A stretch of DNA of 64,000 bases. Origin: Planctomycetota bacterium (GTDB lineage: Bacteria > Planctomycetota > SZUA-567 > H5-PLA8). Shown here in pieces: positions 45,002 through 54,511 of the stretch. Location: the NCBI GenBank assembly GCA_038227875.1, contig JBBRPR010000037.1:1-64000 (forward strand). The letters are read 5' to 3'. The translations under genes were made by a program, and so were the position numbers. Under the pieces are notes generated by a model. That model saw only the letters and a program-made list of their open reading frames with translations. It made no database searches and was not told the DNA's origin. Each line of letters opens with the position of its first letter. Position 1 is the first letter of the stretch.

Positions 45002-47746
45002 GTGTCCGCAAAGCAGACCCAGCACTCCGCCGAAATTGAGGCACTGCGCTCGGAGATCGAATCGCTCCGCGCCTCGCTGGCCCGCTTTGAACTCGACTCT
45101 CCGCTTCGCCGCAAGGAAAACGATCACTGGCGCATCCTGCTGGACCAGTCGCCGGACTTCATCTCCGAAATTGATCGTGATTACCGCATCATTTACACCA
45201 ATAACCTGCTGCCGCAGTTCAAGATGGATGACGTCATTGGCAAGAGCGTGCTGGATTTCATCGATCCGGCGCACCGCGCGATTCAGAAGGAAAGCATGGA
45301 CCGCGTCTTTCGCGAAGGCGTGCAGGTCAGCGTTGAAATCGATGCCGTCGGCCCCAACGGCACACGCGCGGTCTATGTGAATGCCATGGGTCCGGCCTGG
45401 CGCAACGGGGAACTCAATTCCCTGGTGGTGGTCTCACGCAACGTCACGGAACTGAAACTGCGCGAAGAGGCACTGCGGGCTTCCGAAGAACGCTTTTCGA
45501 AAATCTTTCACTCGTCGCCGGCGGCGATGGGCATCAGCCGGATGACCGACGGCAAACTCGTCGACGCCAACGACAATATGTGCGCGCTGATGGGATACCC
45601 GCGCGACGAACAGATCGGCCGCACCGTCGTCGAATTGAACATGTGGGTCTATCCCGAAGAGCGGCAGAAAATCCTGCAACGCCTGCGCAACGGAGAAGCG
45701 ATCCGCAATGAATTGGTCTCGCTGCGCACAAAAAGCGGCGCGCAACTGACCGTGATGGTTTCCATGGTCACGCTGAACCTTCACGGCGAAGAGATGATCG
45801 TGGCGATGCTCCACGACATCACCGAGAAACACCGCGCCGAACAGGCGCTGCGCGAAAGCGAAGAGCGTTTGCGCATGGCCCTGCAGTCGGCGCAGTTGGG
45901 CACCTGGGAATGGAACGACGACCGCAAGCAGAACATCTGGGACGAGACGATGCACGCGATCTACGGCCTGGCGCCGGGATCGTTTGAAGGCACGCGCGAA
46001 GCCTTCCTCAAGCGCGTCCATCCCGACGACCTTCAGCGCATCACCGATGCGTCGTGGCGGATGATGAAACCGCCGTACCTGTTCAACGAGGAATTTCGCA
46101 TCCTTCGCGGCGACGGAGCGGTGCGCTGGGTGACGAGCAGCAGCAAGTCGTATTGCGACGACGCCGGCAATGTGATCCGCATGCTGGGAGTTCTGAAGGA
46201 TATCACATCGCGCAAGGAGGCCGAAGCACAGCTGGCCGAAAGCACCGAACGCCTGAAGTTCGCCCTGCGCGAAGCCAAAATGACCGCCTACACCTGGGAC
46301 ATCGCAGCGGATACCCTGACTGCCGTGAATACGCTGGGCTTTCTCGACGAATCGCGCCACACACGCCAGCAGGACGTACTGGCGATCATCCATCCCGACG
46401 ACCGCGCGATGATGTTACATCGCATCAATTCGGCCGTGAACGGCCAGACCGAAAACGGTGAATACTTCTCCGAACACCGCGTGCTGCTGCCCAACGGAGA
46501 AATCCGCTGGATGCTCGACAAGGGCCGAGTCTCCTGGAACGCGCAGGGGCGCAAAATTCTCAACGGCATCGTCACCGACATTACCGAGTCCAAGCGCCTC
46601 GAAGAACAGCTCCTGCAGGCGCAGAAAATGGAAAGCATCGGCCGGCTGGCCGGCGGCATCGCGCACGATTTCAACAACCTGCTGACGGTCGTGATGGTCT
46701 CCGTCGAATCGCTGGCCGGTGCCGCCAACGCATCGGGGCCTTCGGCGCAGCGCCATCTCCAGAACATCCGGGACAGCGCCAACCGGGCCGCCAGCCTCAC
46801 CACCCAATTGCTGGCCTTCGCGCGCAAGCAGATGATTCATCCGCGCATCGTGGACCTCAATGAGGTCGCGCGAAAAATGGAAGCGCTGCTCTGCCGGCTG
46901 ATCGGCGAGAACATCCGCCTCGTCTCAGACTACGACAACAGTCTCGGCCGCGTGCGCGTCGATCCCACCCAGATCGAACAGCTGATCATGAACCTCGCCG
47001 TTAACGCCCGCGACGCCATGCCTGCCGGTGGCGCGCTGGAACTCCGCACCCGTAACGTTGACGTCACCGCGGCCGAAGCTGAAACGCACGAAGGCGCCAC
47101 CGCCGGTCCGCACATCGAACTGGCCATCGCCGATACCGGCGCGGGTATGTCCGACGACACGATGAAGCATCTGTTCGAGCCGTTCTTCACCACGAAGGAA
47201 GTGGGCCGCGGCACGGGGCTGGGTCTGGCCACCTGTTATGGCGTGGTGCGGCAGAACGGCGGCCACATCCGCGTGCAGAGTTCCCTGGGTAAGGGCACGG
47301 TTTTTTCCATCTACTTGCCACGCGCCGAAGGCCTGGTAGCTGCGCCCGCCACGCCACTTCCGGATGCGCCGCCAACCGGCAACGAAACGGTGCTGCTGGT
47401 CGAAGATGAACCGCAATTACGTACGATCAACGCCGTCCATCTGCGGCAGCTGGGCTACACCGTGCTCGAAGCCGAAGACGGCGAGCAAGCGCTGCGGGTG
47501 GCGCGGGTGGCGGGTCCGATTCACCTCTTGTTATCCGACGTAATCATGCCGCGGATGGGCGGCGAGGAACTCGCCCGTATCCTCACGCAGGAACGACCGA
47601 CTCTGCGCGTGCTCTACGTCTCCGGCTATGCTGCGAACATCGCCCGCCTGACTCCCGACGCGTCCGCGTACCTGCAAAAGCCCTTCACGCTGACGGCGCT
47701 GGCCCTGCGCATCCGCGAGATTCTGGACGCGAAGGCACCGCGTTAG
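45002..47746 (+). CDS. multi-PAS hybrid histidine kinase (CckA-like)
   Basis: Four PAS/PAC blocks, QKMESIGRLAGGIAHDFNNLL, NARDAM, FFTTK, LLSDVIMP. Confidence 0.93.
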   Translation: MSAKQTQHSAEIEALRSEIESLRASLARFELDSPLRRKENDHWRILLDQSPDFISEIDRDYRIIYTNNLLPQFKMDDVIGKSVLDFIDPAHRAIQKESMDRVFREGVQVSVEIDAVGPNGTRAVYVNAMGPAWRNGELNSLVVVSRNVTELKLREEALRASEERFSKIFHSSPAAMGISRMTDGKLVDANDNMCALMGYPRDEQIGRTVVELNMWVYPEERQKILQRLRNGEAIRNELVSLRTKSGAQLTVMVSMVTLNLHGEEMIVAMLHDITEKHRAEQALRESEERLRMALQSAQLGTWEWNDDRKQNIWDETMHAIYGLAPGSFEGTREAFLKRVHPDDLQRITDASWRMMKPPYLFNEEFRILRGDGAVRWVTSSSKSYCDDAGNVIRMLGVLKDITSRKEAEAQLAESTERLKFALREAKMTAYTWDIAADTLTAVNTLGFLDESRHTRQQDVLAIIHPDDRAMMLHRINSAVNGQTENGEYFSEHRVLLPNGEIRWMLDKGRVSWNAQGRKILNGIVTDITESKRLEEQLLQAQKMESIGRLAGGIAHDFNNLLTVVMVSVESLAGAANASGPSAQRHLQNIRDSANRAASLTTQLLAFARKQMIHPRIVDLNEVARKMEALLCRLIGENIRLVSDYDNSLGRVRVDPTQIEQLIMNLAVNARDAMPAGGALELRTRNVDVTAAEAETHEGATAGPHIELAIADTGAGMSDDTMKHLFEPFFTTKEVGRGTGLGLATCYGVVRQNGGHIRVQSSLGKGTVFSIYLPRAEGLVAAPATPLPDAPPTGNETVLLVEDEPQLRTINAVHLRQLGYTVLEAEDGEQALRVARVAGPIHLLLSDVIMPRMGGEELARILTQERPTLRVLYVSGYAANIARLTPDASAYLQKPFTLTALALRIREILDAKAPR

Positions 47747-47821
47747 ACATACTGCGACAGAATTAAATTTAATACGAGGTGTCCGGATTTAACCAGCGGG
47801 TAAATTTACACCCAGGTTCGC

Positions 47822-48574
47822 TCAGCTTTCGGCGGAATCCGAGGACGTCAGATCCAGGAACAGATCTTCCAGGCGATGGTGTCCCTCGCCGGAACGCTCT
47901 GTCTGCTTCTGGCGCATTTCTTCCAGCGTGCCGAGCGCCACGAGATTTCCGAAGTTGAGGATGCCGACGCGGTCGCAGACCTCCTCGGCGACCGAGAGTG
48001 TGTGCGTCGACATGAAGATCGTCACGCCTTCTTCGCGCGAGAGCGACTTGAATGTGTCCTTCACCGTGCGCGCGCTCTTGGGATCCAGCCCCACCATCGG
48101 TTCGTCGACGACCAGCAGTCGCGGCTCGTGCAGCAGCGCCGCGGCGATGACCGTGCGCTGCTTCATGCCGTGGCTGTAGCTTTCCGTGAGCTGATTCAGA
48201 AAACCACCGAGCTCAAAACGCGCGACGACTTTTTCAATCCGCGCTTCGATTCTGTCGCGCTGCATGCCGTAGAGTTCGCCGATCATGCGCAGGAATTCAT
48301 ATGCCGTGAGCTTGTCGTAGAGGTACGGTTCGTCGGGCACGTAACTCATCAGCGTCCGTGCCTGCAGGCCTTGCGTGGCCAGATCGTAGCCGCCGATGCT
48401 GGCGGTCCCCGATGTCGGCCGCAGCAGTCCCGCGAGGATTTTGATCGTGGTGGTTTTGCCCGCGCCGTTGGGTCCAAGAAACGCGAAGACCTCGCCGGTT
48501 TTGACGCTCAGCGTCAGGTCGTGGACCGCAACCTTCTCTTGATAAACTTTGCGCAGGTTCCTGATTTCGATCAT
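47822..48574 (-). CDS. ABC transporter ATP-binding protein
   Basis: GPNGAGKTT, YSHGMKQR, VVDEP, STH. Confidence 0.95.
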   Translation of the reverse strand: MIEIRNLRKVYQEKVAVHDLTLSVKTGEVFAFLGPNGAGKTTTIKILAGLLRPTSGTASIGGYDLATQGLQARTLMSYVPDEPYLYDKLTAYEFLRMIGELYGMQRDRIEARIEKVVARFELGGFLNQLTESYSHGMKQRTVIAAALLHEPRLLVVDEPMVGLDPKSARTVKDTFKSLSREEGVTIFMSTHTLSVAEEVCDRVGILNFGNLVALGTLEEMRQKQTERSGEGHHRLEDLFLDLTSSDSAES

Positions 48575-48625
48575 CGTGGATAGAAGGTAGATTGCAGCGC
48601 GCGTCTGTGCAAGGCGCAAACGAAA

Positions 48626-48659
48626 ATCGGGATTGGGGATTGGGGGTTCCCGAATCCCG
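48626..48659. repeat. short inverted (GGGATTG/C)n heptamer pair
   Basis: ATCGGGATTGGGGATTGGGG TTCCCGAATCCCG. Confidence 0.65.
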
Positions 48660-48664
48660 CACTG

Positions 48665-49651
48665 CTAGTTCTCTCCGCTTTCATCCCCATCACTTACAGC
48701 AGGTTTACCGCGGCTGCCTCCGTTGCGGATGATGAAGACGTCGAACAATCCCAGAAATACGTACGTCTGCTTCAACACCACGCCGTCGGCCGAATACCAC
48801 GCGCGCGCGGTACCGTCTTCGCTCCGCACTTCGAACACCGTCACCAGGCTCCCGCGGTGTTTGATCTGCGTCTTGCCCGTGCAGGTCACCTTCATGCTCG
48901 TCAACTTCGGCTCGGCGGCCGAACTCATGTCGATGCTGCTCAAGTCCAGCTGCACCAGATCCCAGCTGTACTTCACCTGGATGTCCTTGTTGCGCTGAAA
49001 CGGCGTCACGTCCACCATCGGCGCCGAGCGTTCCCCCACCGGCAGCCGGTCGGTGGCGTGGTATGCCTGCTTGCCATCGAAAGACACGTCCTTGGTGATG
49101 AACATCTCCGAACCGCTGCGCAATCCCAACGCGTAGGCGTCCAGCATGTCGCCGACGCTCAACTTTGCGTTGCAGTATTCCAAGCCTTGATCGAGGCTGA
49201 AGTCGGCGCGACTTTCCATGCGGATTTTGCGGAGCGGATCGGGAATGCGCAGCTCTTCAGGAAAGACGAGATTCAAATTCGCCGTTTGTTCCACGCGCGT
49301 AAACTTGCGCTTCATGTTGGTGTCGAGTCGTCCGACGTGTGTCAGGCCGGTTTCGTCGACGCCATTCCATTCCACGTGCGGCGGCGGATCCTTCTTGGGA
49401 TGCGCGCTGCCGTTCAGGTTCGTGTCCATGCCGGAGAACGGAAGAATGTTGCTGTCGTTGATCTCAGAGGGGCGCACGTACACGTCCCAGCTCATCGCGA
49501 CGTCGCCATTGTCGTCGAAGAGATTATCCAGCGCCGCTGTGTTGGCCGTGACAATATTGTGCGAAACCTGCGGCCCGAATTTCACGTACACAAAACGCAT
49601 GCAGACCAGCCAGGCGATCAGAGTCACGATCAGAATCGACCATCGCAGCAT
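48665..49651 (-). CDS. membrane-anchored hypothetical protein upstream of the ABC ATPase
   Basis: N-terminal TM, beta-rich body. Confidence 0.75.
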   Translation of the reverse strand: MLRWSILIVTLIAWLVCMRFVYVKFGPQVSHNIVTANTAALDNLFDDNGDVAMSWDVYVRPSEINDSNILPFSGMDTNLNGSAHPKKDPPPHVEWNGVDETGLTHVGRLDTNMKRKFTRVEQTANLNLVFPEELRIPDPLRKIRMESRADFSLDQGLEYCNAKLSVGDMLDAYALGLRSGSEMFITKDVSFDGKQAYHATDRLPVGERSAPMVDVTPFQRNKDIQVKYSWDLVQLDLSSIDMSSAAEPKLTSMKVTCTGKTQIKHRGSLVTVFEVRSEDGTARAWYSADGVVLKQTYVFLGLFDVFIIRNGGSRGKPAVSDGDESGEN

Positions 49652-49660
49652 GGTTTACTG

Positions 49661-49749
49661 CAGTTTTGAATTTTGAGTTTTGAGTTTTGAGTTGCGTGCG
49701 CTATCGCGGCCCACGGAACTCAAAACTAAAAACTCAACGCTCAAAACTG
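49661..49749. repeat. inverted pair of (AGTTTTG)n heptamer arrays
   Basis: 38-bp arms with a short GC-rich loop. Confidence 0.9.
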
Positions 49750-49835
49750 TCCTCAATCGTGGCCCACACTTTCCCTGCAATCAGGCACTCGCCCGGTTAT
49801 AGTGCCAAGGGTAGGAATTGGAAGAGGCTACTGCC

Positions 49836-50036
49836 GTGACGATCTCGGTAAATTCAAAAGAACAGACCCTGGAACCCGAAAGCACCGTCCAATCCCTGCT
49901 GCAGCAACTGGGCTTCGCGGAGAAACGCGTCGCTGTCGAAGTGAACCAGGAACTCGTCGTCAAGTCACAGTGGAATGACGTCCGCCTGAAGCCGGGCGAT
50001 AAGGTGGAGATTGTCAGTTTCGTCGGCGGCGGATGA
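49836..50036 (+). CDS. thiS: sulfur carrier protein ThiS
   Basis: VAVEVN, GDKVEIVSFVGGG. Confidence 0.95.
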   Translation: MTISVNSKEQTLEPESTVQSLLQQLGFAEKRVAVEVNQELVVKSQWNDVRLKPGDKVEIVSFVGGG

Positions 50037-50042
50037 GCACGG

Positions 50043-50180
50043 TTAGTTTTTAGTTGTGAGTTTTTAGTTTTGAATTGAACAGCTACGCTATCCCGTGCGA
50101 GATGAAATGCGGATGGTTTTGAGTTGATCGCCGCTCCAGCGCAACGCAACTTAAAACTCAAAACTGAAAACTCAAAACTC
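50043..50180. repeat. inverted pair of (AGTTTTG)n heptamer arrays between thiS and thiG
   Basis: TAGTTTTTAGTTGTGAGTTTTTAGTTTTGAATTG ... CAACTTAAAACTCAAAACTGAAAACTCAAAACT. Confidence 0.85.
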
Positions 50181-50198
50181 TCAGTTCCCGAGGTCCCC

Positions 50199-51023
50199 AT
50201 GTCCGAACTCTTTAACACCGTCAAGTCTTTCAAGCTCGGCTCCTACACGCTCCGTTCGCGGCTGCTCGTCGGCACGGGCAAATATCCGTCGCTGGAGATC
50301 ATGCGCCAGGCGCTCGATGCCTCCGGCTGCCAGGTCGTCACCGTCGCCGTCCGCCGCGTCGAGATGGGGCAGAAAAACGCGGAAGGCATTCTCGATTACA
50401 TCGACCCGAAGAAGTACATCATCCTGCCCAATACGGCCGGCTGTTTCACCGCCGCCGATGCCATCCGCTCCGCGCGCCTCGCCCGCGAAGGTCTCGGCGT
50501 CGATTGGGTGAAACTCGAAGTCCTCGCCGACAAGAAAACGCTGCTGCCCGATCCGCTCGGCACGCTGGAAGCCACGCAGGTGCTGGTCAAGGACGGCTTC
50601 AAAGTTCTCTGCTACACCAACGACGACCCGATCATGGCCCGCCGCCTGGAAGACGCCGGCGTCACCAGCGTCATGCCCGCAGGCTCGCCGATTGGCTCCG
50701 GGCAAGGCGTGCTCAACCCCAACAACATCCGCATCATTTTGGAGACGATCAAAGTCCCCGTGATCGTCGACGCCGGAGTCGGCACCGCCAGCGACGTCTG
50801 CATCGCGATGGAACTGGGCGCGGAAGGCGTGCTGCTCAACACGGGCATCGCCCACGCCAAGGACCCCGTCGCGATGGCCCGAGCGATGGGCCAGGCCTGC
50901 GATGCGGGATATTACGCCGCGCGCTCGGGCCGCATCCCGAAGAAACTTTACGCCACCGCCAGCAGCCCGTGGGAAGGACTGATTGAATCCGTGAAGCGGC
51001 CGGAAACTATCCCCGGCGAGTGA
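50199..51023 (+). CDS. thiG: thiazole synthase
   Basis: [41 protein letters not shown]. Confidence 0.97.
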   Translation: MSELFNTVKSFKLGSYTLRSRLLVGTGKYPSLEIMRQALDASGCQVVTVAVRRVEMGQKNAEGILDYIDPKKYIILPNTAGCFTAADAIRSARLAREGLGVDWVKLEVLADKKTLLPDPLGTLEATQVLVKDGFKVLCYTNDDPIMARRLEDAGVTSVMPAGSPIGSGQGVLNPNNIRIILETIKVPVIVDAGVGTASDVCIAMELGAEGVLLNTGIAHAKDPVAMARAMGQACDAGYYAARSGRIPKKLYATASSPWEGLIESVKRPETIPGE

Positions 51024-51089
51024 CGCGGCGCTCGAACGGTGGTTAGAAGAATCGGTCCGAGAAAAATGGCGCGGTAAAAGGTATCCCCA

Positions 51090-51551
51090 ATGGATCCGGC
51101 GATTGTAGCGGTGCTGGTGCTTTCTGCCTTGCCTCTAATCATGATCGTGATGCTTTTGCGTGAACTGCAAAAAGCCAAGTGGACACTCATGGATGTACTC
51201 GTCGGGTCGATCATCTTGGGGCACGTTGTAATTATTCCCATGGCAATCGCGTACCACCAAGAATACCGCGACAAGCGGCTGATCACGATGGCGATTGTCG
51301 GCGCGTTAAGTTGTGCGTTCGCCATGGCCATGGCTTACGGAACACTGTGGATTTTCCGCTGCCTGCATTCCATCGGCGAGAGAAGACCGGCAGTCCGAAT
51401 CGGTTACATGGTCCTGGGATTCTTTTCGATTCCGCTGATCTTTGTTCCACCGTTGAATATCTTAATCTGGAGGACGTTGATAGAGCTATATCGCAAAGCA
51501 AAATCCATGGACCCTGCGGCGCCCCGAATTGAGCTCTTTGAGTCGACGTAG
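51090..51551 (+). CDS. small membrane protein (paralogue 1 of 3)
   Basis: About 4 TM; motifs shared with the next two ORFs. Confidence 0.7.
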   Translation: MDPAIVAVLVLSALPLIMIVMLLRELQKAKWTLMDVLVGSIILGHVVIIPMAIAYHQEYRDKRLITMAIVGALSCAFAMAMAYGTLWIFRCLHSIGERRPAVRIGYMVLGFFSIPLIFVPPLNILIWRTLIELYRKAKSMDPAAPRIELFEST

Positions 51552-51600
51552 TATCTCTAACCCACTTCAAACTCATGATTTCAAGCAGCGCGCCCCAAGC

Positions 51601-51632
51601 AAATCCGCAATCCGAAATCCGAAATCCGCAAT
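51601..51632. repeat. heptamer array (AAATCCG)n
   Basis: AAATCCG CAATCCG AAATCCG AAATCCG CAAT. Confidence 0.85.
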
Positions 51633-51693
51633 AAGCCGTGACCTCCCCGCCGCTCGTCGGTACAGCAATTGATTTACAGCTGGGAGCGCGCAC

Positions 51694-52197
51694 ATGTTCT
51701 ACGGAATCGCCATCGTTCTCGTGCTCATGGTCCTCCTGCTCGGGCTGGTCTATGCCGAAGCGCGGCGCACTCAGTGGTCGTTGTTTGAAGCACTTCTTGC
51801 CACAGCGATCCTCGGCCACGTGCTGGTCGTGCCCCTTACTCTGGGCATCAATGCTCACGTCGGCGCGGAAAAGATCGCCGCAATCGTGGTCCTTTCCGTG
51901 GCCACCGCTTGTGGCATGAGCTATGGCGCGGCCTGGGTGTTTGGCAATCTCGCAGCGCTTCATGAGAAACGCACGTCCACCCGGCTGTTCTATATTCTGC
52001 TGGGACTGCTCTTCATCCCCAGCCTGCTGGCGATTCCGTTCAACCTGATCGGCGGATGGTTCATTTGGATTCCGTTGATTTCACTCCACAACAACGCCGA
52101 AACCCAGCGCAACATTCTGGAAATTGACCAAAACCGAGCGAAGTTGGAAGAAACGTTTTTTCCCAAGTCAGAAGTTCCCAAACAGGAGACAGTCTGA
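51694..52197 (+). CDS. small membrane protein (paralogue 2 of 3)
   Basis: WSLFEALL..ILGHV; RLFYILLGLLFIP. Confidence 0.75.
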   Translation: MFYGIAIVLVLMVLLLGLVYAEARRTQWSLFEALLATAILGHVLVVPLTLGINAHVGAEKIAAIVVLSVATACGMSYGAAWVFGNLAALHEKRTSTRLFYILLGLLFIPSLLAIPFNLIGGWFIWIPLISLHNNAETQRNILEIDQNRAKLEETFFPKSEVPKQETV

Positions 52198-52790
52198 TGC
52201 CGGCGTTGCTGATCATCGCCTGGCTGATCACCGCCGTCGTTTTCGTGCGGACGCTCTATGTCGAAGCGATGCAGACGTCGTGGGACCTGCTGGAATCGCT
52301 GATCGCCGCGAACATTCTCGGCAATGTCGTCGCCATCCCCATCGCCCTCGCGCTGGCTGAAACGACTTACTCCCGCGAAATTCGCCTGACAGAAGTGTTG
52401 ATGACCGGCCTGGTCGCCACGTTCATCGCCGCGTTCATGGCTGGCGGAGCAATCTGGGTGTTCCGCCGCTTGAAAATCATCGACGAAACCCGCCGCTGGC
52501 CGCGCATCGGCTACATGCTTCTGGGCTTGATGCTCTTCCCCAGCATGGTTGCCTTTCCATTCAATCTTTTCTTTGGCTGGATGATCTGGCTGCCGCTGCG
52601 GAGTCTCCATGGCGACGCCCAGCGAACCTGCCTGCGCGAAGCCATGCTCGCCGAGCGCGCTCGGCGCTTGTTAATTGAATCGCAGACGTCCGTCGGCGCT
52701 ACGGATGCGCGAACTTCCGAACGCCACGGAGATCTTCGCTCAACCGTGCCGAACCCCCCGCCATTGCAGCCCGTCTCTCGCACGGAGTAA
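52197..52790 (+). CDS. small membrane protein (paralogue 3 of 3)
   Basis: TGATG coupling; WDLLESL..ILGNV; RIGYMLLGLMLFP. Confidence 0.75.
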   Translation: MPALLIIAWLITAVVFVRTLYVEAMQTSWDLLESLIAANILGNVVAIPIALALAETTYSREIRLTEVLMTGLVATFIAAFMAGGAIWVFRRLKIIDETRRWPRIGYMLLGLMLFPSMVAFPFNLFFGWMIWLPLRSLHGDAQRTCLREAMLAERARRLLIESQTSVGATDARTSERHGDLRSTVPNPPPLQPVSRTE

Positions 52791-52970
52791 CGATTCCCCG
52801 ATTCCCGGTCGCCCCGTACACTTCCCCCACTCCCTCTGCCCATTTTTCCCACATTGTTAGCGACCCAACAAAAAGCCGACCCACGTGGCACGCTGGTATG
52901 AATATTGCACGTTGCCACGATTGCCATTCTTGACGATAATCGACGCATCACTGCAAACGGGAACCGCGCC

Positions 52971-54290
52971 ATGTCTCTTTCGTACTCGACCAACGTCCAT
53001 CCCGCCGAATCGCTCGACGACCTCATGCGCAGCCTGCGCGAACATGTCGCTCCGATTTCGCGCGGCGCTTTCGGCGACTCGGTCGCCGCGGTGAACCTGC
53101 GCGTCGGCATCAAGCAGGTCGACGAACTGCTCGCCCACGCCGCGTTGCCCAGCAATTCGTTCGTCTCCGATGAAATTTTGTCGGCGGCGCCGTCGCCCGC
53201 CTGCCAGCAATTCCTGAACGAACTCGACGCGCTGAAACTCGACGTCGTCTCGATCAACGCTTTCCCGATCCGCGATTTTCATGCCCCGCGCGTCAAGGAG
53301 CAGGTGTACTCGCCGCCGTGGACCGATGGCGGCCGCGCGTTGTACTCGCTGAAAATTGCCAAGGCGATGACGCACTTCATGGCGCGCAAAGGCGTCGACC
53401 GCAAAGTCGCGGCGATCAGCGTGCCGTCCGGCGTATTCACGGGCCTCTATCCGGAAAGCGAAGACGTGCAGATGCAGTGCGCGCATTTCATCACCGAATG
53501 CGTCCGTGAACTCCTGCGCCTCGAACGCCTGACAGGCCGGACCGTGCAGCTGGGATTCGAACCCGAACCGATGACGCTCGGCGAAACCTGCTCCAAGTTC
53601 ATCACGTACTTCAAATTCATTCTCGCCGACGCACGCGAAAAGTTCCCGAAGCAACTGGGCGTCACGCGCACGCAAGCCGAGGAGATCGCGCGGCGTTTCG
53701 TCACCATCAACCTGGACCTCTGCCATCAGGCCGTCGAATTCGAAGACCCGGAGGACGACCTGAAGCAGCTCGCCGCCGCCGGGATCACGCTCAGCGGTCT
53801 GCATCTCAGCGCCGCGCTGCAACTCAAGCAACCCGCGCGCAACGCTGATGGCTGGGCGCGCCTGAAATCGCTCGACGAACCGCGCTACCTTCATCAAGTC
53901 GTGGCAAAGCTGAACGACGGCTCGTTCGTCCGCTACTCCGATCTCCCCGACCTCTGGAATCCGAAACGGTCGAAAGGAAAATCGCTCGAAGACTTCGCCG
54001 AGCTTCGCTGCCATTTCCATGTGCCGTTGTTCATCGAAGGCGATCTCGGCGGAGGCCTGTCGACGACCGTACAATCCGTCGCTCCGGCCGTCCGTTACGC
54101 GCTGAAGCATAAGCTGACCGACAACTTCATCGCCGAAACGTACACGTGGAACGTACTCGCCGGCCTCGCCGAAAAAGGCAACGCCGGCGCAAAGTCCGTC
54201 GTCGGCGGCGCCGGAGTTGACGTCCACGCGGGAATCGTCAAAGAGCTGCAGTGGGCGAAAGCGGTGCTGGAGTCAGGTCTTGGCTCGTAG
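52971..54290 (+). CDS. eboE: metabolite traffic protein EboE (xylose-isomerase-like TIM barrel)
   Basis: LSYSTNVHPAE, INAFP..FH..VKEQVY.P.W, EPEP, DLCHQAVEFE, EPRYLHQV, RCHFHVP, ETYTW. Confidence 0.9.
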   Translation: MSLSYSTNVHPAESLDDLMRSLREHVAPISRGAFGDSVAAVNLRVGIKQVDELLAHAALPSNSFVSDEILSAAPSPACQQFLNELDALKLDVVSINAFPIRDFHAPRVKEQVYSPPWTDGGRALYSLKIAKAMTHFMARKGVDRKVAAISVPSGVFTGLYPESEDVQMQCAHFITECVRELLRLERLTGRTVQLGFEPEPMTLGETCSKFITYFKFILADAREKFPKQLGVTRTQAEEIARRFVTINLDLCHQAVEFEDPEDDLKQLAAAGITLSGLHLSAALQLKQPARNADGWARLKSLDEPRYLHQVVAKLNDGSFVRYSDLPDLWNPKRSKGKSLEDFAELRCHFHVPLFIEGDLGGGLSTTVQSVAPAVRYALKHKLTDNFIAETYTWNVLAGLAEKGNAGAKSVVGGAGVDVHAGIVKELQWAKAVLESGLGS

Positions 54291-54299
54291 CAATACCCG

Positions 54300-54488
54300 C
54301 GAAGGGTGGCCCGGCCCCTCGGGCCGGGTTGCGTTAGCAACAAGAAGCTCCGGGACAGACGCACCTATGCCGAGAGTACATGCGACTTCAGTGCAGTCAG
54401 GACAATCGATCTCGTACGGCGAATTCCAAGATTGTCCTGGAACTTCTTGTCGCAAGCGACCCGGCCCGAGGGGCTGGGCCACCCTTCG
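54300..54488. repeat. REPIN/MITE-like element with about 57-bp inverted arms
   Basis: 54300-54357 pairs with 54433-54488; each arm holds a hairpin of the type CCCGGCCC-CTC-GGGCCGGG. Confidence 0.85.
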
Positions 54489-54511
54489 AGAATGAGCGAC
54501 GCACTGACCGC

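Noticed and set aside
49750..49835. TPP riboswitch before thiS
   Set aside because: No CTGAGA core or matching helices seen
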